Source: Scyliorhinus canicula
Lineage: Eukaryota
Direction of reading: 5' to 3'
NCBI RefSeq assembly: GCF_902713615.1
Contig: NC_052171.1
Location: 23,968,324-24,032,323 of the forward strand
DNA: 64,000 bases
Shown here one piece after another: positions 34,826 to 46,665 of the stretch. Each line of letters begins with the position of its first letter. Position 1 is the stretch's first letter. Below the pieces are notes generated by a model. That model saw nothing but the letters and a program-made list of their open reading frames with translations. It searched no databases and had not been told where the DNA came from. Position numbers and translations under genes: made by a program.

Positions 34826-35453
34826 CATTTGTCTCTGTGTTGTGAGAAAACAAAAACAATGTTCAACAAAAAAATCTCAACAAGTATCTTTGATTCCAGA
34901 CATTTTGACATTATATTTTGTGAGGGTTATTTACACAGAAGCTGCTGAAATTGGTCCATGAGGCCACTTTCTGACTAGTTCCTTTACCCTTGGGTGTCAA
35001 AGGTCTCTGCCTCCCAAGTTCTCGGCCAATTAAAGTCCCTTAAATACTTCTGCACGATGAAAGCAGCTTTTTTCCTATCTCCGCACAGTTGAAGGTGAGA
35101 GGGTCAGAAACAAGGTACTGCAAAGTAAAATAATGGCTCCACCAGCCAAACATGGCACAATTGGTCCAATTTACATTTTCAAAACTTTCGCAAACTTCTG
35201 ATGAGCACCGGGATTTTGGGATCCTGCCCAGAGTACAAACTACATGAGGCCCACGGGCTGTGGCGTTGAGGTTTAGGGGAGGCTTCAGCTCCACCCATTA
35301 AAGTCTGCATTAGTCTGTTCCTCCCTCTGAACCCATTCCTCACAAACCCTGCTCCGGCTCACAATGCAAGTCCTTGAGTCTCTTCAACCAGAGGAATGAC
35401 AGCCATTGGGAGAGTGGTAGAGGAAACCTGTCATCACACCAGAGCTCAAGTAG

Positions 35454-37250
35454 CTATAGTTTGTGACCAGCATTGAAAGAGGTCAGGTGTGGAGAGGAGT
35501 ACAGTCTGTGACGAAGAAGATTCTCATAGGATGAGCCCGCAGCCAAATGCTTGTACAGATCTAAAGGATACCCGGGGGAGCTCAGCACCTGCCCATGAAT
35601 GGCTGGGACCATGAAAGAATTTACAGTGAATGAGGGCATGTATGGTGAGTAGAGGGTCGGACTCTTCACGTGGCTCAAGTGATGCCCATAGCTGGCTGGG
35701 AAACATGTCCTCACTCCCTCGTAGAAGGCGGGATCCTGAGGCCTCAGTGTTGTTGGCAGCCAGGTAGGAACATCAGGTAACGAGGACTTTTGGTCCTTAC
35801 CATCACTAATCCTCTGGCTGTCCTTGCCATCCAGATCTTTGGCAATGAGTAGAGGGGAGACAATGCGGAGTTTCTTCCCATAGGCTGCATCCAGCTCCTT
35901 CTGGCTTCTCTGTGTGGGCTGGGAAAGTAGGCAGCTGGGGGGCCCACTCTTGACATTTGTCGGCAACACGGTGCTCTTTGCCCGCTTGGCTGGAACTCGC
36001 CGCGGGAGGGCGACACTGATGGGGGGGACCCAGCATGCTTTGGGATGGCTGTCAGAGGAAGAGGAGGCCTGGCCAGTAAATGAACTCTTCCTCAGTGGTA
36101 AGGAGCTGCTCTTGGTCTCTGTGACCCAGGACACCTGGGTCTGGTGTGTATTGACTGCGCTGGTTCGAGGGAGGCTAAGGTCTGTTGGTTGATCGTTCGA
36201 AGCGAGTGTCCTCCCATAGTGCCTTGTCAACTTGTGTGCATCAGGTGTCAGGGTGGGGACTGCAGTGCTGCTCAGCTCTCTGAAGCTTCTCTGATTGGTG
36301 CAGCAATCAAAAGGACTCCCTTTGTTGGGGTAATGGAAAAAGGGCTTCACCAGTCCGTGCATGTATGGGCTGCAACAAAAATTCCCAAAGCCCTGAGGGG
36401 CGTGGGAATGCTCAACCGCTCTTCCTTTTGGATCCCTTTCTTCCGGTGCCTTCTGGCCATCAAATGGGGTGACCCGGTCCAAGGAGTAGACGTGGTAATT
36501 GGCTGGGGTGCTGCCGAAGGGCCACTCCAAGTGGTAATCCAAGTGGCCCTGTCGCGGGGGTTGAATGTGATGAATGACAGTCGGTCTGTGAATGCTCACC
36601 TCTGGAGTGGAGCCAGAGGCAGGAGGTGAGTGCTGGACCTCACTGCTCTGTACTGACTTGGCCCCAGCAGGGGTCGAGGCGATGCCAACAGTGTTAAAGC
36701 TGAGGGATGTTGCGTCGTTGCCTTGAGCAAGGAATTTCTTTTTGGCCAAAGGGGACATTATTTCTTGGTCTCTTTTGGAGCGAAGCATGGACAGACGACT
36801 TTTATCCACCTCATGCGACAACTGTGCTGGACACTCATCCTTACTGGCCATCGATGCTTGGGGTTGGTGAGAAGCATCTCTGTCATCTTCGCAAACAGCA
36901 GTGTCCCCCCCAGACATCTCTTCCGACAGGCCCATGGCCAAATCAGCAGTGACGCAGTGTCCATTATGACCCACAACCTTGTTGCCCATCAGTGCCTTGG
37001 AGACTGCTTCTGATGAAGGGCCATTAGCATCCCGGACCTCCTCGGATATCCCATTCTCGCTGGCCCTCGTCACGTCTTGCATTGGGGACTTGGTCCCACA
37101 GCTATTCTGGAGTGAGAGTCCATTTAGTGGCTGCTCTTTAGAGTCTTCACTCCCAGTTGTAGTGTTTCTTGGGTTTGGGGACTCTTTGTCCAAAGATATT
37201 TGTTCCGTCTTATCCTTTCCTACATCTTCAGAAAGCACTTGAGGAAGTAT
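35454..37250 (-). CDS. ARID5-family transcription factor, large terminal exon
   Basis: actcag|ATA, 1797 nt to TAG. ARID5 C-terminal motifs IMSPLAKKKFLAQ, QPTDLSLP, HPKACWV, GKKLRIVSPL, YENLLRHRL, terminal HKL*. Confidence 0.92.
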   Translation of the reverse strand: MLPQVLSEDVGKDKTEQISLDKESPNPRNTTTGSEDSKEQPLNGLSLQNSCGTKSPMQDVTRASENGISEEVRDANGPSSEAVSKALMGNKVVGHNGHCVTADLAMGLSEEMSGGDTAVCEDDRDASHQPQASMASKDECPAQLSHEVDKSRLSMLRSKRDQEIMSPLAKKKFLAQGNDATSLSFNTVGIASTPAGAKSVQSSEVQHSPPASGSTPEVSIHRPTVIHHIQPPRQGHLDYHLEWPFGSTPANYHVYSLDRVTPFDGQKAPEERDPKGRAVEHSHAPQGFGNFCCSPYMHGLVKPFFHYPNKGSPFDCCTNQRSFRELSSTAVPTLTPDAHKLTRHYGRTLASNDQPTDLSLPRTSAVNTHQTQVSWVTETKSSSLPLRKSSFTGQASSSSDSHPKACWVPPISVALPRRVPAKRAKSTVLPTNVKSGPPSCLLSQPTQRSQKELDAAYGKKLRIVSPLLIAKDLDGKDSQRISDGKDQKSSLPDVPTWLPTTLRPQDPAFYEGVRTCFPASYGHHLSHVKSPTLYSPYMPSFTVNSFMVPAIHGQVLSSPGYPLDLYKHLAAGSSYENLLRHRLYSSPHLTSFNAGHKL

Positions 37251-38319
37251 CTGAGTGGGAGACACAAGGATTAATCCTTTAGCACAAGGGTAAGGAACAG
37301 CTGATAAAACAAGGTAAAGGTGAAAGTCAACATAGCTGAGAAGCAACTTTCATGTGTAGAACAAGAAGGAAGATGATGCTATTTCTACAAAGAAAGTTAA
37401 TTCACCTCAGATAATATTTATGGCCTAGAAACAGGCCATTCTGCTGAATAGGTCCATGCTGATGTTGATGCTCCATATGAGCTTCCTCCCAAAATAATAC
37501 TAATCGTAGGAACATAAGACTTAGGGTTGGCCATTTGGCCCTTCAAGTCTGCTCTCCCATTCAAAAAGATCAGGGTTGACCTGGTGGTGGTCTGAACTCC
37601 ACTTTCCTGTCTGTCCCCCCCAACTCTCAACTTCCTCATCTAATCAGAAGTCTAACTCTGCTGCCTTGAAAAAAAATCAATGATCTGGGTCTTAAATGGT
37701 CGACTTCTTATTCTTCAACTGTGTCCTAGCTCTAGTTCCCCCCCAGAAGTGGAAACATTCTCCTGGTATCAAATTCCCTCAGGATCTTCTATGTTTCAAT
37801 AAGACCCCCTCTCATTCTTTCTAAACTCCAGTGGATCTTTGCCCAGAAGATAAGCCCCTCATCCCAGGAATGAGTGGAGTGAACATTATCTGAATCTTTT
37901 GTTTCAGCTCACTGACCTTCACAGATGCTGCTGGACGCTGAGATTTTCCAGGTTTGATTTTGTTTCAGATTTCCGGCATCTGCAGAATTTTGGTTTTCTA
38001 TAGATTCGGAGCTTACTTAATTTAGATTAGGCAAGGCTGAAGTGATGAGCTAGGTTTGTTTAACAGCCTAATGAAGCAGGAATATTTGTTTAATTTGCAA
38101 TCATAATACCTTTGAGTTTCAACGTAGTGATTGAAACTGAGAAACAGAAAACAGGTTGTCAGATTCTAGGTTTAGGTATGCTTGACTTGATAGAATTAGA
38201 CATAGGGCACAATTTAACCATCGCCTTACCATGGGCACAGATCTGGGTGCGCTGGTTAAATAGCAGGAAAAGCCAAAATCGAGATTCACGCCTGGTACTA
38301 TCCAACTTGTCATCTAACC

Positions 38320-38673
38320 GGGGCAGCAGGGTAGCATGGTGGTTAGCATAAATGCTTCACAGCTCCAGGGTCCCAGGTTCGATTCCCGGCTGGGTCACTG
38401 TCTGTGCGGAGTCTGCACGTCCTCCCCCTGTGTGCGTGGGTTTCCTCCGGGTGCTCCGGTTTCCTCCCACAGTCCAAAGATGTGCGGGTTAGGTGGATTG
38501 GCCGTGCTAAATTGCCCGTAGTGTCCTAATAAAAAGTAAGGTTGGGGGGGGGGGTTGTTGGGTTACGGGTATAGGGTGGATATGTGGCTTTGAGTAGGGT
38601 GATCATGGCTCGGCACAACATTGAGGGCCGAAGGGCCTGTTCTGTGCTGTACTGTTCTATGTTCTATGTTCTA
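38320..38673 (+). mobile_element. V-SINE (HE1-like), full length
   Basis: tRNA head, V-domain, (TTCTATG)n tail. TCTAACCGG is duplicated on both sides. Confidence 0.9.
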
Positions 38674-40190
38674 ACCGGCCCCGCTCCCGGTGGCGAGTTC
38701 CAGATCTCGTCCAAATATGGCGCGCATATTGTTAACCCTCATTTGCATTAATTTCCATCTGATTAGCGAGATTGATGTTGAATGCAACGGCCTCCTGGGA
38801 ATTAACCGGCTCCCAACGAGATATCACGCGGGTGCCGTTTAGTACTTCTTTTTAAAAACGTGAAGGTGGAGCAGTGGCTGCTGAGGGGAGCTGAGGAATC
38901 ATTTCCATTTTCTGGCTCAAGGGGACCGGAGCTGCTGCCCCAGTGCTCGGCCAGGGGGTGGGGGGGCAGGGAATTGGGCTTGGTCGGGGGCCTGAAGCTT
39001 TCCAGGTCAGGCGTCACCCCTGGGCTGGGGGGGGGGGGGGGGGGGGGAGGGGGGGGGGGGGGGGGAGGGGGGGGGGGAGGAGGAGGGGGGGGGAGGGTTT
39101 TTTTCATCTGTGAGGCCTTCAAGCCATCTTTGAATATTGTAGAGAACCATAAGAGGGGCAACTACAGCTGCTGTCTGTCTGTCCCACCAAACACTTCCAG
39201 GGCAGAGCCCTGTTCCTGGTTCTATGCTGAAGGTCACTTTGACTCCCTTTGACTGTGAGCGGCCTCAAGCTTCACAGCTGAAGGCTATTGCTCATGAGAA
39301 ATTGGCGAGAGCACATCACAGCTCTCAAATGGCTTCTCATGGGTGCATGTGCCGTGTCTCGGCCGATGATTATTGCATCGCATTTCAATCAGACGTTGAA
39401 CCCAGAAGAGTCTGCCTGACCTCGTGAATCGTTAGCACCACAGAGGCAGCAGCCAACAATCAAACACTATAGAGCAGGGCTTCAGCACTGGGAAGTCCTT
39501 GCGACCATAGGGTAAGTACGGATCAGAAGAGGCCACTCGATCACAGTCTCCCTAATGTTCCCGGCAGGTATCTGGGGTCTAGGGGCTCCTGCTGTGGCCC
39601 GGGCCGAGTGTGCAGAGCAAGGTTTTCCAGCACAACTGGCTCGCTGGATGGCACTCTGAGAGAATGCGGGACACGAAAGGGTGGGGAAGGCTTGAGGGAC
39701 GTGAGGGTCCCTTACTGATTGTCAGTATCTCTCCATCTCCAATTCCTTACAGATATAATAATACAGCTGGTTATTGTCAGTTCTGCAGAGGCTGCCCTCG
39801 GTGTGCTGGTGGCAGCCCAGGCAGTCAGATGCCAGAGAAGGCAGCGGGGTCAACTCAGGCTGCAGGTGGCACCCAATGTGCACACCCTGAAGACCCTGCC
39901 GCCCATCAGACCAAGGAGGAACCCAGAGGAGGACACCAGCGACAGCTTGAGGCATTGTTGGTCATTCGAGGATATGAAGGGCAGCCTATGTCTCAGGATA
40001 CTCCGTCTCAACAAAGAGACAGTTCTCGCAAACTTGGTACCCCGTGGAGGAGGAGGACACCCGCTCTCAGTGGTTGTGAAGGACACCGAAGCCCAGAACT
40101 TCTATGCAACCGGTTCATTCCAGGGCTCCAGCAGGGACCTGTGCATCATTTCCCAAGACAGGTTCATCCGTCGCTCATGCTGTCATTGAG
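38674..40190 (+). mobile_element. PIF/Harbinger transposon remnant with transposase fragment (~39950-40190)
   Basis: LRLNKETV...LSV.VK....NFYATGSFQ....DLC.ISQ resembles the HARBI1/Harbinger transposase N-terminus. Segment 39105-39260 is shared, inverted, with 15690-15845. Confidence 0.7.
39026..39097 (+). repeat. Poly-G / GGA tract
   Basis: About 70 nt, nearly pure G. Confidence 0.9.
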
Positions 40191-40566
40191 CGGTGCATTG
40201 GAAAGGACCAAACACAACACAACACAAGTGCTATAAAATATGGGCCACAATCTCACTGTCGAGAAACACCACGCCAATCACACCCTAAATTACACTTTGC
40301 TCCCATTAAATTGTGCCCATGGACTGTCTGCAGTAAAAGGGCAAATCGATAGAAAATCAGTCGCAGAAGATGATCAAAGAATTAAATGTGACACAACCTA
40401 TTCGTAGCCCGAAGGGGCAAGGGTCAAGCGTTCTCTGGATCGCTGGCCTATGATGATGAAAGATTGCACAAACTCAGGATGTTAGTACCTGAAAGTTAGG
40501 TTGAGGAGTAATTTGATCCACATTTCAGCTCTTCAGGGGGACAGATGGGAAAGATGGAGAGAAAGT

Positions 40567-41268
40567 GGGTGGGATTTTCCAACCTCCCCCGGGTCGGAGA
40601 ATCGCCGGGGGGGGGGGGGTGAATCCTGCCCCTGCCGGCTGCCGAATTCTCTGGCACCAGAGATTTGGCGGGGGCTGAAATCGCGCCGCGCCGGTCGGTG
40701 GTCGCTGACAGCGTCCCCCCCCCCCCCCCCCCGGCGATTCTCCGGCTCGCGATGGGCCTAGTGGCTGCCTGTTTACAGCCGGTCCTGCCGGCGTAAATTA
40801 GAGTAGGTACTTACCGGCGGGACCTGGCTCCGCGGGCAGCCTTCGGGGGAATCTGGACCCGGGAGGTCACCCCATGGTGGCCTGACCCACGATCGGGAGC
40901 CACCGATCTGCGGGCGGGCCTGTGCCATGGGGGCACTCTATTCCTCGGCATCAGCTGCTGTGGACCTCTGTGATGGCCGACACGGAGATGAACACCCTTG
41001 CGCATGCGCTGGCATGATGCCAGCCCACGCTGGCATTCCCACACATGCGCCAACTCGTGTCGGCCGGCAGAGGCCCTTCAGCGTCGGTTGGCATGGCGCC
41101 AAGCCCCTTTCGCGCCGGCCCACACGGCGCAAACCACGCCGGCGCCAGCCTAGCCCCTGAAGGTGCGGAGAATTACGCACCTTCGGGGAGGCCCAATGCC
41201 GGAGTGGTTCACACCTCTCCTTCGCACCGGAGTTGCCCGGTCCCACCGAGTCCCGCAGAATCCCGTCC
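40567..41268. mobile_element. CpG-rich Harbinger-type MITE
   Basis: Termini GGGTGGGATTTTCC / GCAGAATCCCGTCC. 3-bp TSD AGT. Confidence 0.78.
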
Positions 41269-41429
41269 AGTGTTTCTGCTGTCTGTGAAATCTAGACCTC
41301 GAGAGAAGAGTCTGAGAATGACAGTAAGATAAATAACACAGAGGGTGGTCCCAGTTGGGAACTCTATCTGGCATTGATAGATTGTTGTTATGTAGAGATA
41401 TGGGATATGGGGCAATGGTGGGGATATCC

Positions 41430-41975
41430 GGGGTGGGATTCTCCGACCCCCCCTCCGCCGGGTCGGAGAATCCCCGAGGGGGCGGCGCAAATCCTACCCC
41501 GACGCCGGCTGCCGTATTGTCCGCCGCCGGCTTTCGGGCGGGGGCAGGATTCACGCCACATTGGCAGCGCCCCTCCCCCCCGGCAATTCCCCGGGCCCCA
41601 ATGGGCCGAGCGGCCCTCTGTTTTTGGCCAGTCCCGCCGCCGTGAATCCTGTACCGGTTCATGTACCGGCCGGACCTGGCAGGTAAATCGGCAGGACCGG
41701 TCCTCGTGGGGGGGGGGGGATCCGACCCCAGGGGATGCCCCAACAGTGGGGGCACTTCTTCCTTCTGCGCCGGCCCTTGTCAGGCTCTGCCACAGCAGGC
41801 ACAGAGACGAGAACCCCCCCGCCATGCGCAAAAATACGGTGGCCGCTCTGCGCATGCACGGAACCACGCCGGCCCTTCCCCGCCGGCTGGAGCGGCGCCA
41901 TCACCTCCGGGGTCCACCTAGTGCGGAGAATTTTGCATTTTCGGGGGCTGTTGACGTCACAGTGGTTGGCACCGG
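41430..41975. mobile_element. Harbinger-type MITE, one end truncated
   Basis: Starts GGGGTGGGATTCTCCGACCC. Body similar to 40567-41268 and 12280-12770. Confidence 0.7.
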
Positions 41976-42147
41976 TTGATATTGGATAGTCATGTCAGGT
42001 TCAAAATAAAGCCCATTTCTTAATCTCGTGCTACCTGCAGAGTAGCCACAGCACCTCTCATGTTACATTGTTACAAATAGAGACTGGAGATAAAGAAGCA
42101 TTGTCAACGGTCCAGGTTGGTGGAGTTAGCTAACCCCATTAACATAC

Positions 42148-42334
42148 CCCATTAGGCTCGTTGCTCTGTTGCGTGCTGTCTTTTGGCCGTTTACGTTTGC
42201 TTCTTTCTTTCTCTCCAATACTGGATCCTTTCCCCTCTTTGTTTCGAATGACATTGTACTGTTTCCGAGGCTTGAAGGCTGGCAGTGGCTTGTTCTCCTC
42301 TCCCTTCATGTGACGTTCGTACGGTAAGACCAAT
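42148..42334 (-). CDS. ARID5-family exon (end of ARID domain, basic NLS-like stretch)
   Basis: tggcag|A TTG...GGG|gtatgt, 187 nt. LVLPYERHMKGEENKPLPAFKPRKQY...RSKRKRPK. Confidence 0.93.
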
Positions 42335-42681
42335 CTGCCAGAGAGAGAGGAAGGAGGGTCAGAGCAGGTTTCCACTATGTGCCGTTTGCCCTGTGTCACT
42401 CCCTCTGCCTACTGGGCCAAGGACTGGAATGCAGATCTCTACCCCCTGGGTGTAAAAAATCCAGTTAATTTTTCCCTCAGCCAGCACCATGAATAAAAAT
42501 CTGACTGTTCATTCTTACACTTGGGGTTTGAGATCTCGATGTGCGACTCGGTTTTTCAACGTAATGGCTGGGAAATTACCAATTGGCTATCAAAGCACCT
42601 GGATATTTCAGAGTCAATACAGCTTCACTGATGGGACAGCATAGAAGGATCTTAAACTCTAAATCATGCTGTAAGACATAG

Positions 42682-43135
42682 AAAGCTCCCTCTACACTGT
42701 CCCCATCAAACACTCCCAGGACAGGTACAGCACGGGGTTAGATACTGAGTAAAGCTCCCTCTACACTGTCCCCAAACACTCCCAGGACAGGTGCAACACG
42801 GGGTTAGATACAGAGTAAAGCTCCCTCTACACTGTCCCCATCAAACACTCCCAGGACAGGTACAGCACAGGGTTAGATACAGAGTAAAGCTCCCTCTAAA
42901 CTGTCCCCATCAAACACTCCCAGGGCAGGTACAGCACGGGGTTAGACACAGAGTAAAGCTCCCTCTACACTGTCCCCATCAAACACTCCCAGGACAGGTA
43001 CAGCACAGGGTCAGATACAGAGTAAAGCTCCCTCTACACTGTCCCCATCAAACACTCCCAGGACAGGTACAGCACGGGGTTAGATACAGAGTAAAGCTCC
43101 CTCTACACTGTCCCCAAACACTCCCAGGACAGGTA
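42682..43135. repeat. 69-bp minisatellite AAAGCTCCCTCTACACTGTCCCCATCAAACACTCCCAGGACAGGTACAGCACGGGGTTAGATACAGAGT, ~6.5 copies
   Basis: Direct tandem units. A degenerate inverted monomer lies at ~47075-47145. Confidence 0.93.
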
Positions 43136-43383
43136 TCCTGCAATCCAAATAGACCCCAATTTTGGAATTTGATTGGTTGGTTGATGGGAGAGGGTACTGG
43201 GATGTGACCACTCTGTTCTGGAATTGTACAATTTAAAAGGTGGACTGTCTGATAGCAGTCGGGACTCTGAAAATACATTGACAAGGAATAATTGATGTAA
43301 GCCTGAAATTCAAATGCCGTCGCTCAGTAGTTAAGAGACACCTTCAAGTGCCTTCATCTGCTGCAAGGGTCAGTGCCACCTAC

Positions 43384-43481
43384 CTCTCGTAGTGGCGTCG
43401 GGTACATGTGGCAGCACTGGTACTCCCAGGGTTTCCACCCAGCTCGTCGTAGATGTTCTTCCAGAGGCGGCTGGTTGTAAC
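43384..43481 (-). CDS. ARID5-family exon (ARID domain core)
   Basis: ctgcag|GTT...AG|gtaggt, 98 nt. VTTSRLWKNIYDELGGNPGSTSAATCTRRHYER. Confidence 0.95.
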
Positions 43482-43714
43482 CTGCAGGTAGAAAGCACAC
43501 AGGTCCAATTGTCCCTCATGATTATAGTCCAGAGCTCACAATGAGCACCCAGTGAATCCAAATAGCAGTGCTCCAGGTTGGGAAAAATAGCACCCTGTAG
43601 AAAGTATAGAAGCTGCTCAATCGCTGCGCAAACTCACACCCTTGAGGGAAAGAAATCTATCATCTCCTCTCGGGCTTCTGTCGACACATGAATGAAATCC
43701 CAGCTACAGTTCAT

Positions 43715-44290
43715 AGGGTGACACTCTCATCTGATGTGTTTAAATCCCACTGGAGAGAGACTTGAATGGATAATTCAGGCCAATGCTCTTGCTCTCTCCC
43801 TTTGTGCAGCTGAGGGAGTGCTGCACTGTCGGAGGATGCAATGTTAAACCGAGGCCCACATTGGCCTGCAGGGGCACATGGAAAAGACTCCACGGCCACT
43901 CTTTGAAGCAGAGCAGAGGTCCTGCCTAATATTTAACCTTCATCCAACATGAGCGGCAAGGTGGCACAGTGGGTTAGCCCTGCTGCCTCACTACGCTGAG
44001 GCCCCAGGTCCCAGCTGGGTCACTGTCCGTGTGGAGTTTGCACATTCTCCCCGTGTCTGCGTGTGTTTTGCCCCCACAACCCAAAGGTGTGCAGGGTAGG
44101 TGGATTGGCCGCGCTAAATTGCCCCTTAATTGGAAAAAATAATTGGGTAATCTAAATTTAACAAAAAAACAACTTTCATCCAACATCACCAAAACAGATG
44201 ATCTCCTTCTCATCATTTGCCGTTTAGATCACTTTATCATCCCGCACAAATTGGCTGCCTAGTTTCCTGCATTGTAATTGTGACCGCGTT
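43715..44290 (+). mobile_element. Deu-domain SINE (SacSINE/AmnSINE-like) with nested short V-SINE (43953-44165)
   Basis: TGAGGGAGTGCTGCACTGTCGGAGG..TGTTAAACCGAGGCCC resembles the Deu domain. Confidence 0.6.
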
Positions 44291-46499
44291 CAGGCCCAAG
44301 GCTCATCCAGTTCACCTTCTGTCGTCCTGGTAGGTGTACAATACGACAATAATGGAGTTGTTCACTAACAAATTCAACTAAAGAGATTCAGTCTAGCTGT
44401 AGTCAGGACAATCTCCAGCCAAACAAATCTTCTAATAATAATTATCTAATCGGTAAAGCACAAATAATTATTGTATCTGGTGCAATCGGTCACAGATTTT
44501 TATATCACTAATCCTCTTCGATAAGCAAACAAATTCTTCATCAGAAGATTAAAGTAGAAAATTCTTGTTTCCAATATTAGTGGTGATAGGTTGACCCCAT
44601 TGATGTAGTATCCCTGCCTTAATAGTTTAGCAGAGGCTTTAACCTACCTATTTTTATCAGCTTGTGTCAATGCGTACTTCCTGTTACAATGCTGATCTGC
44701 ACTCACTGTTTCTCAGTAACACTTTCATTTCAATATCTGACTTTTAGAAGGGGGGATTCCCCCACTTGTGTGACAATAGTGGGCAGCCGCCATTCAGGGG
44801 TTCTAGTCAGCTAACACTGTAGGTGCTCCACACTCAGCTCCACCATCCACACCCTGGTGAGTCTCCTTTGCTCTGCATCATCCCATTCGTTTCAGCTTCC
44901 TGAAAGTTCTTTCTCCACTTTTACAACGTTCGATGACCAGATCTTATCCTCAGATCACTGTTTGCCTCCTTCATGCTTTTCTCCCTCTTAGTTACGCGCA
45001 GGACTTCACCCAGAACCCCTCGTCAAACATCGTGAACCACGCTGTGACACGTTTACTGAATATCGGCAGCGACAATTCCCAGACTCCAGGGAGGGAGCCA
45101 GTGCTGGTTTGTCCTCTGTGGAGGAGTTTGCTTCAGTCTGAGCATGCTGTCTTCAAACTGTATCGACCCTGCTGAGGTTACACCTGGAGTCTGCAAACAA
45201 TTCTCATCTCACTATTTGAAAAGGGAGAATATATTATCACAAGGTGCAGAGAAACAAGAACCCATCCCTTTCTTACCCCAAAGAACTTCAAAGTCAATGA
45301 AGATTTTTTGAAGTGTTGTCACTGATGAAATGTCAGAAATGGGTCAGCCAATTCACACATAGTAAGATCCCAAAAACAATTAGATAATGTCCAAATCATC
45401 TGCTTCACTGGCATTGGTTGCAAAATATTATGGTGATGTTCACAATATAGACCAGTTGGATATAAGAAAGTTGTGTTGCCATGTATAGGTGCTCACTTTT
45501 TAAATTAAGGGCAGGGCAACAGAATGGGTAGTGGAGCGGGAAATCTTTTCACTAGAGGTCTGTGGCAGTGTGGAATAGATTGGCGGCACTGGGGTGGATC
45601 AAAGAACCATAATGGGCTTTGTGCAACTCTACACCAGATTCTGGTCAACAGATTGGATCCAGGGTGATCAGGAAAGTACCAACGGATGACTATGATTAGG
45701 AAGGCTAGATGGACCAAAAGGTGCCTGAAGTACTATTTGTAACAGTTAGAGTATCTTCTCACTTCATGTCTTCATCATACATCATTTGATGAGTAACAGA
45801 TTATCTGAAAAGCTAAAGAACAACTTAGATTTTGAACTCAATTGCCTGTCACTGACAAAGAATGCTTTTTATTTTGTTTTATTCGTTCATGGGCGTCGCT
45901 GGCTGGGCCAGCATTTATTGCCCATCCCCGAGGGTATTTACGAGTCAATCACATTGCTGTGGGTCACAGGTAGGCCGACTAAGTAAGGGCAACAGATTTC
46001 CTTCCTTAACATGACAGACCACCGTCCCTTTCTTATACATGGGTTGCGCAGAGGATGTCTTTGCTCTCACAAGTGAGTGATATGGGACCCATATTGAGGC
46101 TCAGCCCAATGAGAGAGAACAGTCTTTTGGCTGACAAAGGAATAATACAAACTACAGAATCTAGCTGATCCAAAGGGGAGTTTTACATGAACCAGGTGGG
46201 TCTTTACAACAATCAACAATGGTTTGATTTAGGTTTTTAATTCCAGATTTTTATTGAATTCAAATTTCACCACCTGCAATGGTGAAATTTGAACCTGGGT
46301 CCCCAGAGCATTAGATTGGGTTTCTGGATTACTAATCTAGCGTCAATACCAGTAGGTCACTTCCTCTCCTCATAGTGCAAATACAGATCAGCTAGCGGAT
46401 CGTGTGTGCCCTTCATGAGCCATCTCGGTGAGCTATCTCATGCTGATGTCTTTATCCAATCCCCTTTGTATCGCACTGCTTTCGACTGACTGTCACCTC

Positions 46500-46665
46500 T
46501 ATAGAACAGTACAGCACAGAACAGGCCCTTCGGCCCTCGATGTTGTGCCGAGCAATGATCACCCTACTTAAACACACGTAACCCGTATACCCGTAACCCA
46601 ACAATCCCCCCATTAACCTTACACTACGGGCAATTTAGCATGGCCAATCCACCTAACCCGCACAT
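46500..46665 (-). mobile_element. V-SINE 3' half
   Basis: Tail and linker identical to other copies. Confidence 0.85.

Noticed and set aside
37251-37346. N-terminal 32 aa of the 630-aa ORF
   Set aside because: Intronic read-through upstream of the acceptor at 37251. The exon joins the 42148 donor in phase 0.
38802-39252. Poly-Pro / poly-Gly proteins
   Set aside because: Translation of a poly-G tract inside a transposon remnant.
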